64,000 nucleotides of DNA from Phoronis australis. Lineage: Eukaryota > Animalia > Phoronida. Both the position numbers and the translations under genes were made by a program. Shown piece after piece: positions 1-12,800 of the stretch. The first letter of the stretch is position 1, and the number at the start of each line of letters is the position of its first letter. A model generated the notes under the pieces. That model did not search any database. It saw only the letters and a program-made list of their open reading frames with translations, and was not told where the DNA came from. The stretch is from contig NMRA01000119.1 of NCBI GenBank assembly GCA_002633005.1, positions 62,001-126,000 on the forward strand, written 5' to 3'.

Positions 1-52
1 AAGATTTACAACGTCTTCTTCATAATCTGGAGAGGAAAACAATCCTATCCCG

Positions 53-490
53 TAGAGACGCAGATTTTCCATTTTTAAAAACAGAAAAATGTGTTTGAGC
101 GAACATAAAATTCAATTTTTTCCATTTTGAAAAATAACAAATGCTGTTTACAAATGTTGTCTACTAACATTAAAAATTATAGGAACTGGCGTTATTCTTT
201 GTCATTTATGCCAAATCTTTATTTCAGAAAAAGTTAGCTGCATGCCATGTTTACTGTATTTCAAAATAGGAACAAGAATAGCGCCACCCTCAGAAAGAGT
301 AAACAACTATTTGCGCGTGTCAATTGCAAAATGACCGTCAAACAATTTGTGGCAAGAATCAGTTCCAGGTAGGAAATTTAAAATGGGTTATGTATAATCT
401 TGGTAAATTTAGACCCCAAAACATTCCATGAAAGAAGTCCAACTACATGAATTTCGTATTTTCCATTACCGCAGAAAATCAGGGTCTCTA
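53..490. mobile_element. MITE-like element in the last Arkadia intron
   Basis: TAGAGACGCAGATTTTC at 53 versus GAAAATCAGGGTCTCTA ending at 490 (15/17 inverted match). Confidence 0.5.
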
Positions 491-724
491 ATTCTAGGCT
501 TCTGCTAAAGAAAGCTGTTACCCACAGTGTAATTTCAAAGCCAGCAATCATCTTACTAGTTGGTCGATTATTTCTACTGCAGGCGGCTAATATTCCAAGT
601 AGGAGATGTTATCAACAACAGAGGTCTCCTTCTGTATTATTTACATAATAAATTCAGCTAGAGACAGGGAGTCTCTGCAAAATCAAGTCTTTACGCAATC
701 GCCCAGATCGTCATATCAACCCAC

Positions 725-822
725 CTGACATCCTCATCTTCTTCAAACTCACAAAGACATATGGTGCAGTTCTCGATGTCCTCAGCCTTCCCAGCATCAC
801 CTGCTTCGCTGGTTCTACAGAT
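725..822 (-). CDS. RNF111: Arkadia-like exon, first half of the RING-H2 domain
   Basis: cag|[32 protein letters not shown](R)|gtggg. Confidence 0.9.
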
Positions 823-3800
823 CTGAAGCAACAAAAAATCAATCCGTGTAACCAGTTCATGTATAAGTAAGCAGAAGATAATTACCTAGTTACTTTTGCT
901 TAACATAAGATAATGTGTAGAGCTATATTTCCTCCGTCACTGCTAAAAGACATCCCTCCTTAATTCTCTCTGCTCTACTTTCAATATACGGTGGTTTTGT
1001 ATTGTTAATGAATAGCCCATGAAACAAGTACGTGGCTTGAAAACTGTAAACCCAAATGCAAAATCTATAATTCAAATGCTATCTATCCAGTGTAACTCAT
1101 AGACATTTTTCCAGAGAAGTTAAAACCACTTCAAGGTAGACCATACCTCTTCAGCTTACTTCAAATATATGGGTGCTTATTTCTCAACACTGAGCCACAG
1201 TGTATGTAGACAATTCAGTGGCCTTTCACTCCACTGGTAAAGCAGTGTAATCAAAAGAGCTTTTCAATCTAACCACAGTGTGGCACTTGCATTTACCTTT
1301 TTATACTTGTGTGGTAATGTGTTCCTTTCTATAGTGGCCTGATTAGCGCCCCTGGTCACGTTACCCAGACGTTCTTCTAGGTTTAGCAGATCCTAAAACA
1401 GAGATTTGAAAATCACACACAGAGACAGTGCTGGCTGGAGGCTGCACTTTGGCACCATTGGATGTTGATGTTAGGATTATTTTTTTCTATAGATTGTAAA
1501 AAATGAAACCGACAAAATGAAAATCATTGTTTTTCGTTTCTTTCACTATTTCCTTCACTGGTGAAAGTCCTACTACATTAACTTCACTTTGATTATGAGA
1601 GCAGGTGTTCATGGGCCTCTAAAAATTGAAAACGCACCAAAAATGGGAAAGTAAGTACATTGATTGTCAATGTTTGGAAGTGTATAGGGAACACTGCTTG
1701 CACAAATAAATGAACTCGAAACAGACAGACAAACACACCATAACTTCAAAATTTGCTTAGTATTGAGGTGTAGAAAAAGTATCCGAGCTGACTGACTTTT
1801 AGCAAAATATTCACAATGTACCGGTAATAAGCAGTAACTTACAGCATAATGAAAACAGACAAATAATGTTCGACCAACCTCATACGTGGGTCTGTGTAGC
1901 GACATAATGCGTCGGAGTCGCATGTGGACATTGTGAGGGGGCGGGAACGGGGGAAATGGGGGCATCTCTGGTGTCAACGGTATCTGAAATTACACATCAT
2001 AGTTAGGCAAAGACACAGCGTTTTTAAACGAAGGTTTATCACGGTATAAGAGACGCTCCTTTCTTTGACCCATTTAAATTAAAGGTGAGTGTTTAGTACC
2101 TGTTTTTCTCTGGTGAACAGACTTTTTCACACAATTTGTCCAGTCTGATTGGGCCAAGAATGTAGATTTCAGAAGTTAGCCCCCTCCCCCTATGGTAAGG
2201 CTGCTAATAATTTAATGTGCTCACTAAAATCACAAAATTAAGCAAACCACAAAGCAGCCATAAAGCATCTGGTGACACGTATCTTTTCATGACATCCCAT
2301 CATCTTGGTCATGAGCGGGTCAAAAGGTAGAGCTGGTTTGCGATGAAGAAGTTGACGCTTAGAATGGGTTCTGACTTTGTAGCAAGTTCTTTGCATAAAA
2401 ACCAACACGGACAGAGAATGAAAGGTCTTTTCATGAATATAATAGAAACGCTTACCATAGCATGTTCTAAACTGATATGCATGGCAGCTGGATTGTAGTG
2501 AGCTAGGTGAGCAGACGGTGATGGGGGAGGATTGTGGTGGTAGTGGTGGAGATGGTGATGGAGGTGCTGATGCTGCCCTCTTTGGGCAGATGTACCGGGG
2601 TGATTGTTGCACCTGCAAGAAAAACAAGAGCAGTGTTTAACAAAATAATTGTGAAAACAGACAAGCAGATATTGGAAAAATTAATATGCATAGGGTGGAA
2701 TAATGATTGCACTGAGTCAACTTTCCTATTATTACGCTACAAGGCTACTAAAACAGGTCAAAGATTCACGAAAACTTCATAAAAATCTTTACCAAAGTAA
2801 ATTAGGTTTGAAGAGTAACATCCACTGAGCAAAGAGATTTGCAAGATTTGTTGGTCAACATATGTGAGGGTTTTACAGAGTTCAGTCTATATGGTACTTA
2901 CAAGGTGGCTCCATGACCTGCGGCAACCTGTGCTGGCACCATGGGAATCGGTTGATTGACAACTGGTGGTTGCATCAGTGGAGGCATGTAAGGAGGCGGG
3001 GCATGCTGAGAGGGTGGAGCTGCATATGAATGAAAGCCTGCAAAAGAAATCTGAATTGGCATGTTGGCTTGACAGATGAGTGTCGGCGTTCCAACTGACA
3101 ATCATAATAACAAGATCAATGTGGAGCATTGAAATGCACCAACGAATGCGGTGTTTTTAGCATCATAAAAATGGCCATTAGATGGCACAGAATACGTCTA
3201 ATCCATTCAAAATTGGAAAGACATCGTCGTCTCTCTAATAACAAATTATTTGCCAAATTTCATGAGAGTCTGCCACAGAACCCTAACAGTACAAAGTCAA
3301 ATGTGTAAAACTAAAATTGTCACTAGAGGGCACAGCGGTAGTCAGCTTTTCAAAAAGTTGTGAGCAGCCATTGTCAGATTTACAGGAAAACACCTGCATA
3401 AGTTCAACAAAGATCCTGCAGGAGCTACCGTCATGGTTGCAAAAATACAAAACCACCACTTGAGGATGCCACAGGCCTGTCCGAAAATTAACATCAGCCA
3501 CGGTCTTCTTATCACGAATACAATAACTAAGTTTCATAATCATACTATGTAGTGCAGATTATGTCAAATATATTCAAACATGGAAAGGCATTGTTGTTGC
3601 CTTAGTAAAAACCTACTTGCCAAATTTTATGGAAATCCATCTCTTTAACTACAAAGACACAGAGGCAAACATAACAAGAGCAACGCAGAGCGTTGAAATG
3701 TGCCCACATACAACAATTTTCATATGATCCTTTGACTGGTTTGGCAGAGATGCAGATGTCAAAAACATGTGAAAAAAATTTTAAAAGTAAGGTGGCGCAA

Positions 3801-6800
3801 AATATGTAAAGACGTCCTCGTCTCCTCAACAGAAACCTATTTCCCAAAATTCATTAAAATCCATCAAGGACCTCCAAAGATAAAGAGGCAAATGTAAAAC
3901 TTGTCACTGTCTGTCGTCATCTTCATATGATCACACCTGCTCAATCTCATTAAGATCCTGCAAGGTGTTTGAGAGATACAGCACCGTAAGTTGGACTCCC
4001 AGACAGAGATGATAGCAATAAATTTGTATTACAACAGACGTTTCGGAAGAAAAGGGAACAACAACAGAATTTCTGTGAAGTCATATGCACCTCAATTTTG
4101 GTGTGTGCTATGTTACAGCGGTACATTAAGAGTTAGCAAGACTTCAGAAAAATTCCCAAGTTTTCTTTAACTTTGGCACATCATATATTAGAGGGCTGGG
4201 GTGATTGGGTTCAAATTAAACACTCAGATAACTGTACATCAAGCACTAGTCGTCTCCAAAATACTGTTGGGATTTATTTTGAAATATTCTACTTCGTCAA
4301 GAGGGGTTATGATTGGGATTTTCAGATCTTTATGAGAAAAATCTTAAGTCGCATAAAACAGAAACAACATGATGCTTTCGAAAACTCTAATCACACAATT
4401 TTTGAGATTTCATCTTGAATATTTATATCAAACGAAATTTGGTCAGACTGCTCTTTTCTATTTTCAGAGATTAATAATATATTGTTTTACATTTAGTTAA
4501 ATTTGTTGAGCACACATCAAAAGTTCACGATTATTAACTATTAATCTTGAACATTGTTAAGGGGTCAACAAAGTATGTTTACAGGAGGCACTGCTGCCGA
4601 ATTATTCTGATTAATTAAATTCTATTATTCCGTAAACATTTGGCTAAATGTGATGACTTGCTGCTAAGGCAACAATTAATATTAAATATTCATAAGAGCA
4701 CATTATGATGACTTGGTTTAACAGAAACACCTCTCAACTGACCCACGTCTCAGTATCTATGGGAAAATTGACCAGCCATTCTTAAATACATTCCTAATCA
4801 GTAAAATAGGATATTCTAAATCAATTCTGTGAATTAATCCCAATAGAGATTGCAGTTCCCAACAGATCTCACCGCCATAGGGAGGGGGAGGAGCTTGCAG
4901 TTCGCTATTCATATGTGCCTGCATCTCCATACCAACTGCAGGGCCAGGATAATTCGCAGTAGGGGGTGGAGGTCGCCTCTGTAACTCGGCCACATATTGC
5001 TGTGTCTGCAGAGTGCGCCAGTGCGGCCGCCCATAGTGGGCGTGCCGGTACCCATGACCACAGGGGCGGAGATAGGCGTGAGCTGGGGGCGGGCCTGAAA
5101 CAGCAAGTGGAAACACTAAATGCAGTGAAAGGTCAAATACGTCAATTTATTATCTTCATTCTTATTAACTAAAAAATTCTATCACCTACTCAGAATTGAA
5201 ACGCGAAACAAGATTGATAGTATGCAATAATGTAAACAATAGAGACGTAATTTCTCCATTTAAGTATTCCCCATTAAAAATATTTTGTAAAGATTACCTC
5301 TTCCAGTGGCTTGACTTGAATGAGACATACAACTACCTTGAGAGTTGCTGGAATTGGGTCGACTCTCCTAAAAACGAAGGATAGTTTGATTACCTGTAAA
5401 ATTTGTCATGCAAAATACAGCACAAAACTATTTTCTTCCACTTTGCCAAAGTAGTGGTTATTTCCTGCATAAAACCTACGTTTTTCGAGAATTTCAGAAT
5501 GGAATCAAAACCCTAGGACCTAAAAATGGTTGCCATGGCAACAAACACTGGTAGAGCTGCATAGTCTGTCATTTCGATGATAGTCAAGATAACACAGCAT
5601 CAACTAACTTGAATGACATCACTAAAAGATAACAACAGTGACAATAAAGTACTCTGCATATAAAGAGAAAGCAGAATTACATCTGTAAAGTATTTTTCCC
5701 TCGCCCAACCTTCCCACACATGGGATGGGTAGACTGGTAGGCCAGATAGCTTTTTCATTGTACAAATGTTTTTGAAATTGAGAAATGACAATTTATTGGT
5801 TCTATTGCACATAAAATGCTTCTTACTGTGCACAAATTTTACAACCAGTAGCGAAAGGAGAAACAAAATTAAGTATAATTTATGCAATTGTATCTATTCT
5901 TTCTACATACAATCATTCAGCCAAAATGAATATTATCGTACTGACCTCAGCATGACCTGATCTCACTGAGCACTGGCTAGGTCGCGAGAGGTTCATAGGT
6001 TGACTACACGGCATCATGCTGGGGCCCATCACCTCTGACGGAGGGCTGACAGGACGCAAGCGACATGGGCGAGGAACATTAATGCGAGACTCTCTGTGGG
6101 CGGGGTAGGTGTTATGACTCGGTCTGTTCAAGTGTGGTGCCGACGATACAATGGGGGGAGGGGGATTGGACTCAGGGCATGCCGGACTGAATGCGGCCGT
6201 GTCCGTGATGTCAACTGGGTCCTCCTCTAAAAATAGTCGAGAATGAACAGGTCACAAACAGACGTACATTTTTTCATTATCATAATCAGTAACTTCAATA
6301 CTATCAATACTAAGGTTACGTAGAACTCTAGAAATAGAAAAGTGTCCAGCTTGGCTAACTTCATAACATCGTAGAAATGGCTGATTGGATTCATACGTAA
6401 CCTTTCAGGTTTTAAGCTTTTTGCACTGTTCTCCAGTACGCTGATAGAAACCGTTTTTAAAAGCTCCACTTCTGCATGAAGGGCTGTCATAAATAGGTGT
6501 TTCGTGGTTTTCACGAAAAAAATCAAAAGTTGCACAGAAAGAAAACGAAACAATAATTTAGCAATTTATAACAGACTTTTTGAGAGTTCATCTTGAACAT
6601 TATCAAATGAAATTTTGTTACAGTATCAATACTGTTTTTGCGATATTTTACCAAAAAGGCAGTGGTCACGTGACGCAATTAACAACAAATTATTAAAAAG
6701 TTTAAAAAAATCAAATTCATTCTGCGACATATCCACTTTCAGAAAAATACTTTAATTGGTTTAAAATAACAGTTTTGCAGAAAGTTGGCTATGTACACAG

Positions 6801-9800
6801 GCTTGTCAATGACGTCCTACATAAAACCTTTAATGAATATTTTAAACTACCGCCTTACCTGCATCAGATTCAGTCAGATCAACAACTACCTGTTGCTGCT
6901 GGTACGTCAAATGGTTATTTGTCATTGTCAACGGTGATGGCCTGTAACGAACGACTACTTAGTCAAACATTACATTACATTCAGGTGATAAGGGGCCCTA
7001 GAAAAAATTTACTTACTCAGACATCATATCTGAGAAATGGCTGATCGGACTCATACGAAACTATTAGATACTGTGCTTTGGTCACTGTTTCCCAAAATGC
7101 TGTTTGGAATTTGTTATAAATAGATCCACTTTGCATAAGGGAATACCAAAAAATAACTTTCGTGGTTTTAAATATACAAAAATAAGTTTAAAATATTCTG
7201 CCATTTATAGAGTGGATTTACCATCCAACAGCAGAGCGTTCGACTGCAACTGCAGCCATTCCAGATTTGATTTTGTAACAGGAATGAAAATTACTTTTCT
7301 AGAAGATGTCCATTTAACTGATTATCCTCTGACACAACGCCACCTATACTGAAAAGTGGCCCTATGGAAACATGATGAATGACACACGGAATTCCGTGTG
7401 TGGACATCAATGCGCATGCTTGGTCGGAAGTTTATTGATCACATCGCCACCACTTGCACACGCCTTCTATGCACTGTATTTGTTTGGGCTTAGCCACGGG
7501 ATTGGGGTTTTGTTTACTTAGATCATTGCCCATTTTAATAAATTTCAACTACTCAAGTCAAAGGTGGTTATCGTACTACGTAACAGTAAACTGAAAGGGA
7601 TTTCCCAGATTTCAACCAATTAGAATGGCTGAATGTTATGACGTTGGTTTCATCACTTTAACTAATGAGAAACCATGATAAAAACATTCCACAGTGCCTG
7701 TTTCATGAAAGGTGACTTTAGACTTCGGTCAGAAATTTCAGCTTGCACTCCACAAAACTATTTTTGAAAAAGTTTTAACCTCACATCATCAGCAAATTAC
7801 AGTCTCTCAAAAATGTAGCTCAAATTATACGAAGTTAATCAGGTAATTTGTATAAATTATTGTTAAATTGTGAAGAGTTAAAAATAACATGGCAGAAATT
7901 TTATGCAGTAACAGCAAAGTGTGAGCCTATGACATAATTTCTAACTTACATCTTAAAACTTTTTAATGAATCAAACCCTTGGTGTTTTACATTGAAATAA
8001 TCTCCCATGCATCTAACCTTGTAATTCGTTCCTCAACCACTTCAAGGTCACTGCCAGAAGACGAGACTTCCACTTCCTGCAAGTGCAAAGGTCGGCTCAC
8101 CAGTGCGCGTTGTCTTTGCCGTCTTTGCTGCCTCCTAGCTGGCCCACTACGACCGACACCAGAGCCGCCCCTCAATTCTGAAGTTTCAACTTTCACAATA
8201 TCAATTTCATCCTCGCTGCTAGAGTCCATTACCACATCTCTTTGTGCTGGCCCCACGGTTCGCGGTGACCGATTTACACTAAGGTTCAATGCGGTTTCAC
8301 TATTGCTGGCGTCATCAGAAGGTCCAGCAATGGCATTCGAAGCTGCGGCAGAGGATTCAGCTCGAAGTCTCTTTTCTCTTTTCAGTTCTTGTTTTGTTTT
8401 GAGAGACCCTGATTTTTTGCTTTTATTCTGGAGTTTGCCAGTATTATTTCGATCACCTGCATGCGACCTACCAACAGACAAATCCTGAGGCACTGTATCC
8501 AAAGCTGTTTCTCCAAACGATGGTAATCCACCAGCGTAATCAGGAAATTCTGGAGAATTTATGAATGAGTTGAGCTGTCGTGACACATCCTGTATACGTG
8601 TGGATTCAGAGTAGTCGAACATTTCGTCGTGTCTGTAATGATCCCCCTGGCCAAGGTCTTCAACGTTATCGTCGAACCTGCGGTTATGGAAGGGAATCAA
8701 TCCGTGCGACATGCGCGGGTCAGAGGGTATGTGAAATGGATTTCTCTTTGCGCACGGCGTGTACATTGGTGGTCCTGTGATGTGCAGGCCGTTCCTCGAT
8801 CGGAGCCTTCCAGGTGTTCTCGCGGTGACAACGTCTACATCAGAGTTTTCACTATCAGAGGAAGAAGACTGACTTACATTCCGGCGACTAGTATTGTTGC
8901 CCCTGACGCAGTCTCGCTTGCAAGTGGCTGAAGTCACATTGCTGCCATTACCGATGCCCGATGATCCTGGATTGCTGTCATTAGATATTGCACCATGGTC
9001 TCTATGTTGACCATCAGAGGACACCACATCCTTACTGTCCCTTTCTGCACCTGCCATCCAAGTACCGAGCTTAGGCTTGTACTTTGCAGAATGACCCTGG
9101 ACACCTGAAGAGTCCCCGGATTCACGTCTTCGCTTTGACTGCCTATGACATGTATGAGATAGATTTACGACACAGGCCTGGGAGTCACTAGGCTCATTTT
9201 GATTGATATGGCCATCATTGGGCGGCCACGCCTCATTGATCCACACTTTCTCCTGTTCAAAATTCTCAGCCGTCTCAGCTCTCTCAGATGCCCCCGTGAC
9301 GTGATCAAAAGAGACGTCTTCCGTCTGCCATGAACTGGAAACCAGTCGTGGGTCCGGCGCACTGCCCATGGGATGGCGGCGTTGGCGACGAACCACTGGC
9401 GGCATGACATGGTTTGGGTCAACGGCGTGGAAAGCTGACGGCGTGAGCAAAGATGGCGACTCAGACAGGAAGTCAGTTGTGATGAACTCAAGGCAGGAGT
9501 CACTGAAGTCGTTAAGGCCTCCACGACCATTGTGTGCAGACAGGGGGTCATCTCTCAGGTCTCCTAAATATAATAACAAAAATTTACAACACTCTTCATG
9601 AAAATAGTACATTTAGGCACTACAATCTCCAGATGTTTCATATGTAAATTATTTAGAACAAATTACCTGAAGCTAACTGTGCAAGTTGCACTGATTGAGT
9701 AAAATGAGAAGAGCATAATATCGAGCTGACAAATTAACTTTACATAACTAAGAAAATGTGAACTGTATTAATTGAGTCGCATTGTTCCCTAAGTATAATT

Positions 9801-12800
9801 GCCAATTATTGTCAGAGGGTGAAAAACCTTCCAAATATTTTCTTCACTTAGAAAATAGGCATTACACAAGTAAGTTAATGTTGCTTTTTTCTGTGGAAAT
9901 CTGACAATACTAAAACCAATAGTGAAGAAGAGGAGATTCAGGAATCCAAACATTTTTATTTTTATGAAAATCTATACAAATATAGACATTCTAACAATAC
10001 TGCTTTAGAAACTCTTCTTGATAAGGTTTGTGTCTCCAAACTGAATGAGACAGAAAAATACAAAATTAGAAGGTTGCACAATGCTTGAAAACATATAAGA
10101 CAAGAGCCCAGGCTACGATGGTTTTTCAGTGGAATTTTTGAAATTTTTTGGGTTGACATTGGACCTTTCATTGTTCGCAAAAAGAAGGAGTGATTACCTG
10201 CACCCCTAAGGGATCAGATAAAAGTAAACATTTTAAAAACTGGAGACACATATCCTTACTCAATGTGACATATAAATTGGCTTCTTCGGCTGTGGCTGAA
10301 CGATTAAAATCCATTTTTGGAAAACTAATCAGTAAGGACCAGGCAATTTTAATTTGTTTCTGGAAGCAATATGAACGAAAATATCTGCGTGCTATATGAT
10401 TTAATGTTTTATGCCCAGTCAGCTGACCATCCTGGATTGCTCTTCTTGATCGATTATGAGAAAGCATTGGACTCATTGTTGTGGAATTTTATACAAATAT
10501 TTCGCGTGGCTGCAGACAAGGTGACCCCTGTCTCCCTACATTTTTATATTGTGCGCGGGGATTTTGGCGTATTTAATCAAGAATAACAAAAATATTACTG
10601 GTGTAGTTGAAGGAAATAAGGAATACTTAACTTCGCAATATGCGGAAGACACATTAGTTACTTTGGATAGGTCGAATTTGTCATTGACTAGCACATTGAA
10701 TGTACTAAATTTATTTGCTAGTGTCCCCAAGTGAATGTGGATAAACAAAAGCCATATGGTTTGGAAGTAAAACTGGTAGTGATGACGTGATTTCTACATT
10801 CAAAAGAAAGTCTGTTTTGCACAAAAAAATCTATAAGATTTTAGATTTTTTGGGTGGATTTTGACAATTAATTGGATAGTATGACGAATAACAACTTCAA
10901 AGCAAGAGTGATAGATTAAGTCTTTATTAAAAAGTTGGAGTTTATGAAATTTAATGCCATTCCGTAGAGTAACTGTAATTAAAACTTTAGCTATTTCTAA
11001 ACTCAATTTTTTGTTGTCGACTTTACCAAATTACCACTAAAGGATGAATTGAATACGATACTTTAGATTTGTATGGTAGGCTCGTAATAAATGAACTACG
11101 GCCTGTTTAGGACTAGATCAAGGGAAACTTCAAATGGTTAATATACATACTTTCAGCAAAGCTTTAAAACTCGCCATGGCCCATAGATATCTAAAAGTGG
11201 TCAGTTAATATACTCTACCCATTTTTTAAAGAAATTTTGCTTCATATGGAGAAGTCTTTATCAACTCTAATTGATAATTTCTATTGGTGCGACGTTTTTG
11301 GAAGTATGACATAAGAGAATAATCGTTGTGAGTGAAGAAGACATTTTGAATTAACCTTTGTGGTTAATAGTAACTTGGGGATAGGAGGCAGAAGTGTTTT
11401 TTTATAAGTCTTGGTTTGTAAAAGGCTTATGATTTATCAGAGAAATGTATACCTCTGATGGCGATTTTGTTAGTTTAGACCACTGGCGAGATGGCACTGT
11501 TATACAATTTCTTCTGTACACTGTAGCAAGTCCTCTAGCTTCAACTACTTAATCCCATCTGAGATTTCTCCCCAAATTATAATAATGTACTTAGTGATTG
11601 GCTAATACAAACCACATGATCTGATCTACTCATATCATTTGCTGCTAAGATTTTCTCTCAGAAATTTTAAAAATCTTTAGAGTGCTTTGACCCCAGAACC
11701 AAAGTAGTAAACATCATCTAAAAATAAATCTTGACGTCAAAAATACATGTAAACAAGTTTGACCCCACGGTTTAAAAGTACACATGGACAGATTTCGGGC
11801 AACTTAAAAGGAACTATCTGTACTTATCAATATTTATTCTGACATACTTTTTTAGTCAAAATCCAAGTTCGGGATTCTAATTTATGTTCCTTTTTTAATA
11901 AAGCTTCAGAGACGCTGTAATGTTGCTCTGTACAAGATTTTTGGAATTCAGAAATCTACTTCAAAAGTGTCTCATTCAGCTTCCCAACTGTTTCTCTTAC
12001 AAACGTGTTATTCTTGGACATGATTTTCTACATTTTGCTGTTACTAGCCAAACAGTACATTTACAAGGAGAGATTTCACAAAAATATACCTAACATTCAT
12101 AAGTTTGTTACATATACTTATGAGTACTATAATGTTGAAAAATTACTTGCATACAAAAATTATGTGTACAACAGCCTCTCTGGGAAATGGGAAAATTTTA
12201 TTGCTCAGTTAAACTCAACTTAACAGTTGTTAACTATATACGAGGTGTGCATGAGTGAATGAATGTACTTGTCTGTTTGTTTTTGTACTTGTTTATCAAT
12301 GTGAAAAAAATATTGGTAAATTTCTGAAAACACTGAAATCAAGACTCAACACCAGTCATCAAAATAAATTCATCTTTACGTAGGCCTCACTTACAACAGA
12401 AAAAAATAATATGCCAAGATAGAAAAAGACAAAAAATACAATAAATAGTCACAGACAAATTATGCCAAATCATTTTCATTTGCAACTGCCATTTCAAACT
12501 TTAAAACACTGAAGCAAGAACTGCAGTCTTAAATCACCGATAACCACAATTACAGAACAATGAGAGTTACTACCAAGACTCACTTGAGGCAGGAAGATCT
12601 AAGGATACCACATCAATCACCTCGTCAGAGGGTCGACTCCACAGGTCCTCTGAGGCCACACTTCCAATGGCTGCAACTGAAAAGGAAACAATTAAGAAAT
12701 TGCAAGAATTCGATTAAGTTATCAAGTTCACAAGGAAATACATTTCGTGCAACATGATAATAATAGTAATACAGGGTACGAGTTACAGGGGTCCCGAGTG

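Noticed and set aside
1-27. Acceptor-like ctccag on the - strand as the last Arkadia exon
   Set aside because: Splicing here gives R-L-stop instead of the expected RLPCxHxFH...CPxCR second half of the RING, so the true exon must lie left of the window.
7979-9601. Several + strand ORFs (169, 100 and 77 aa)
   Set aside because: Antisense shadows of the large Arkadia exon with no independent motifs.
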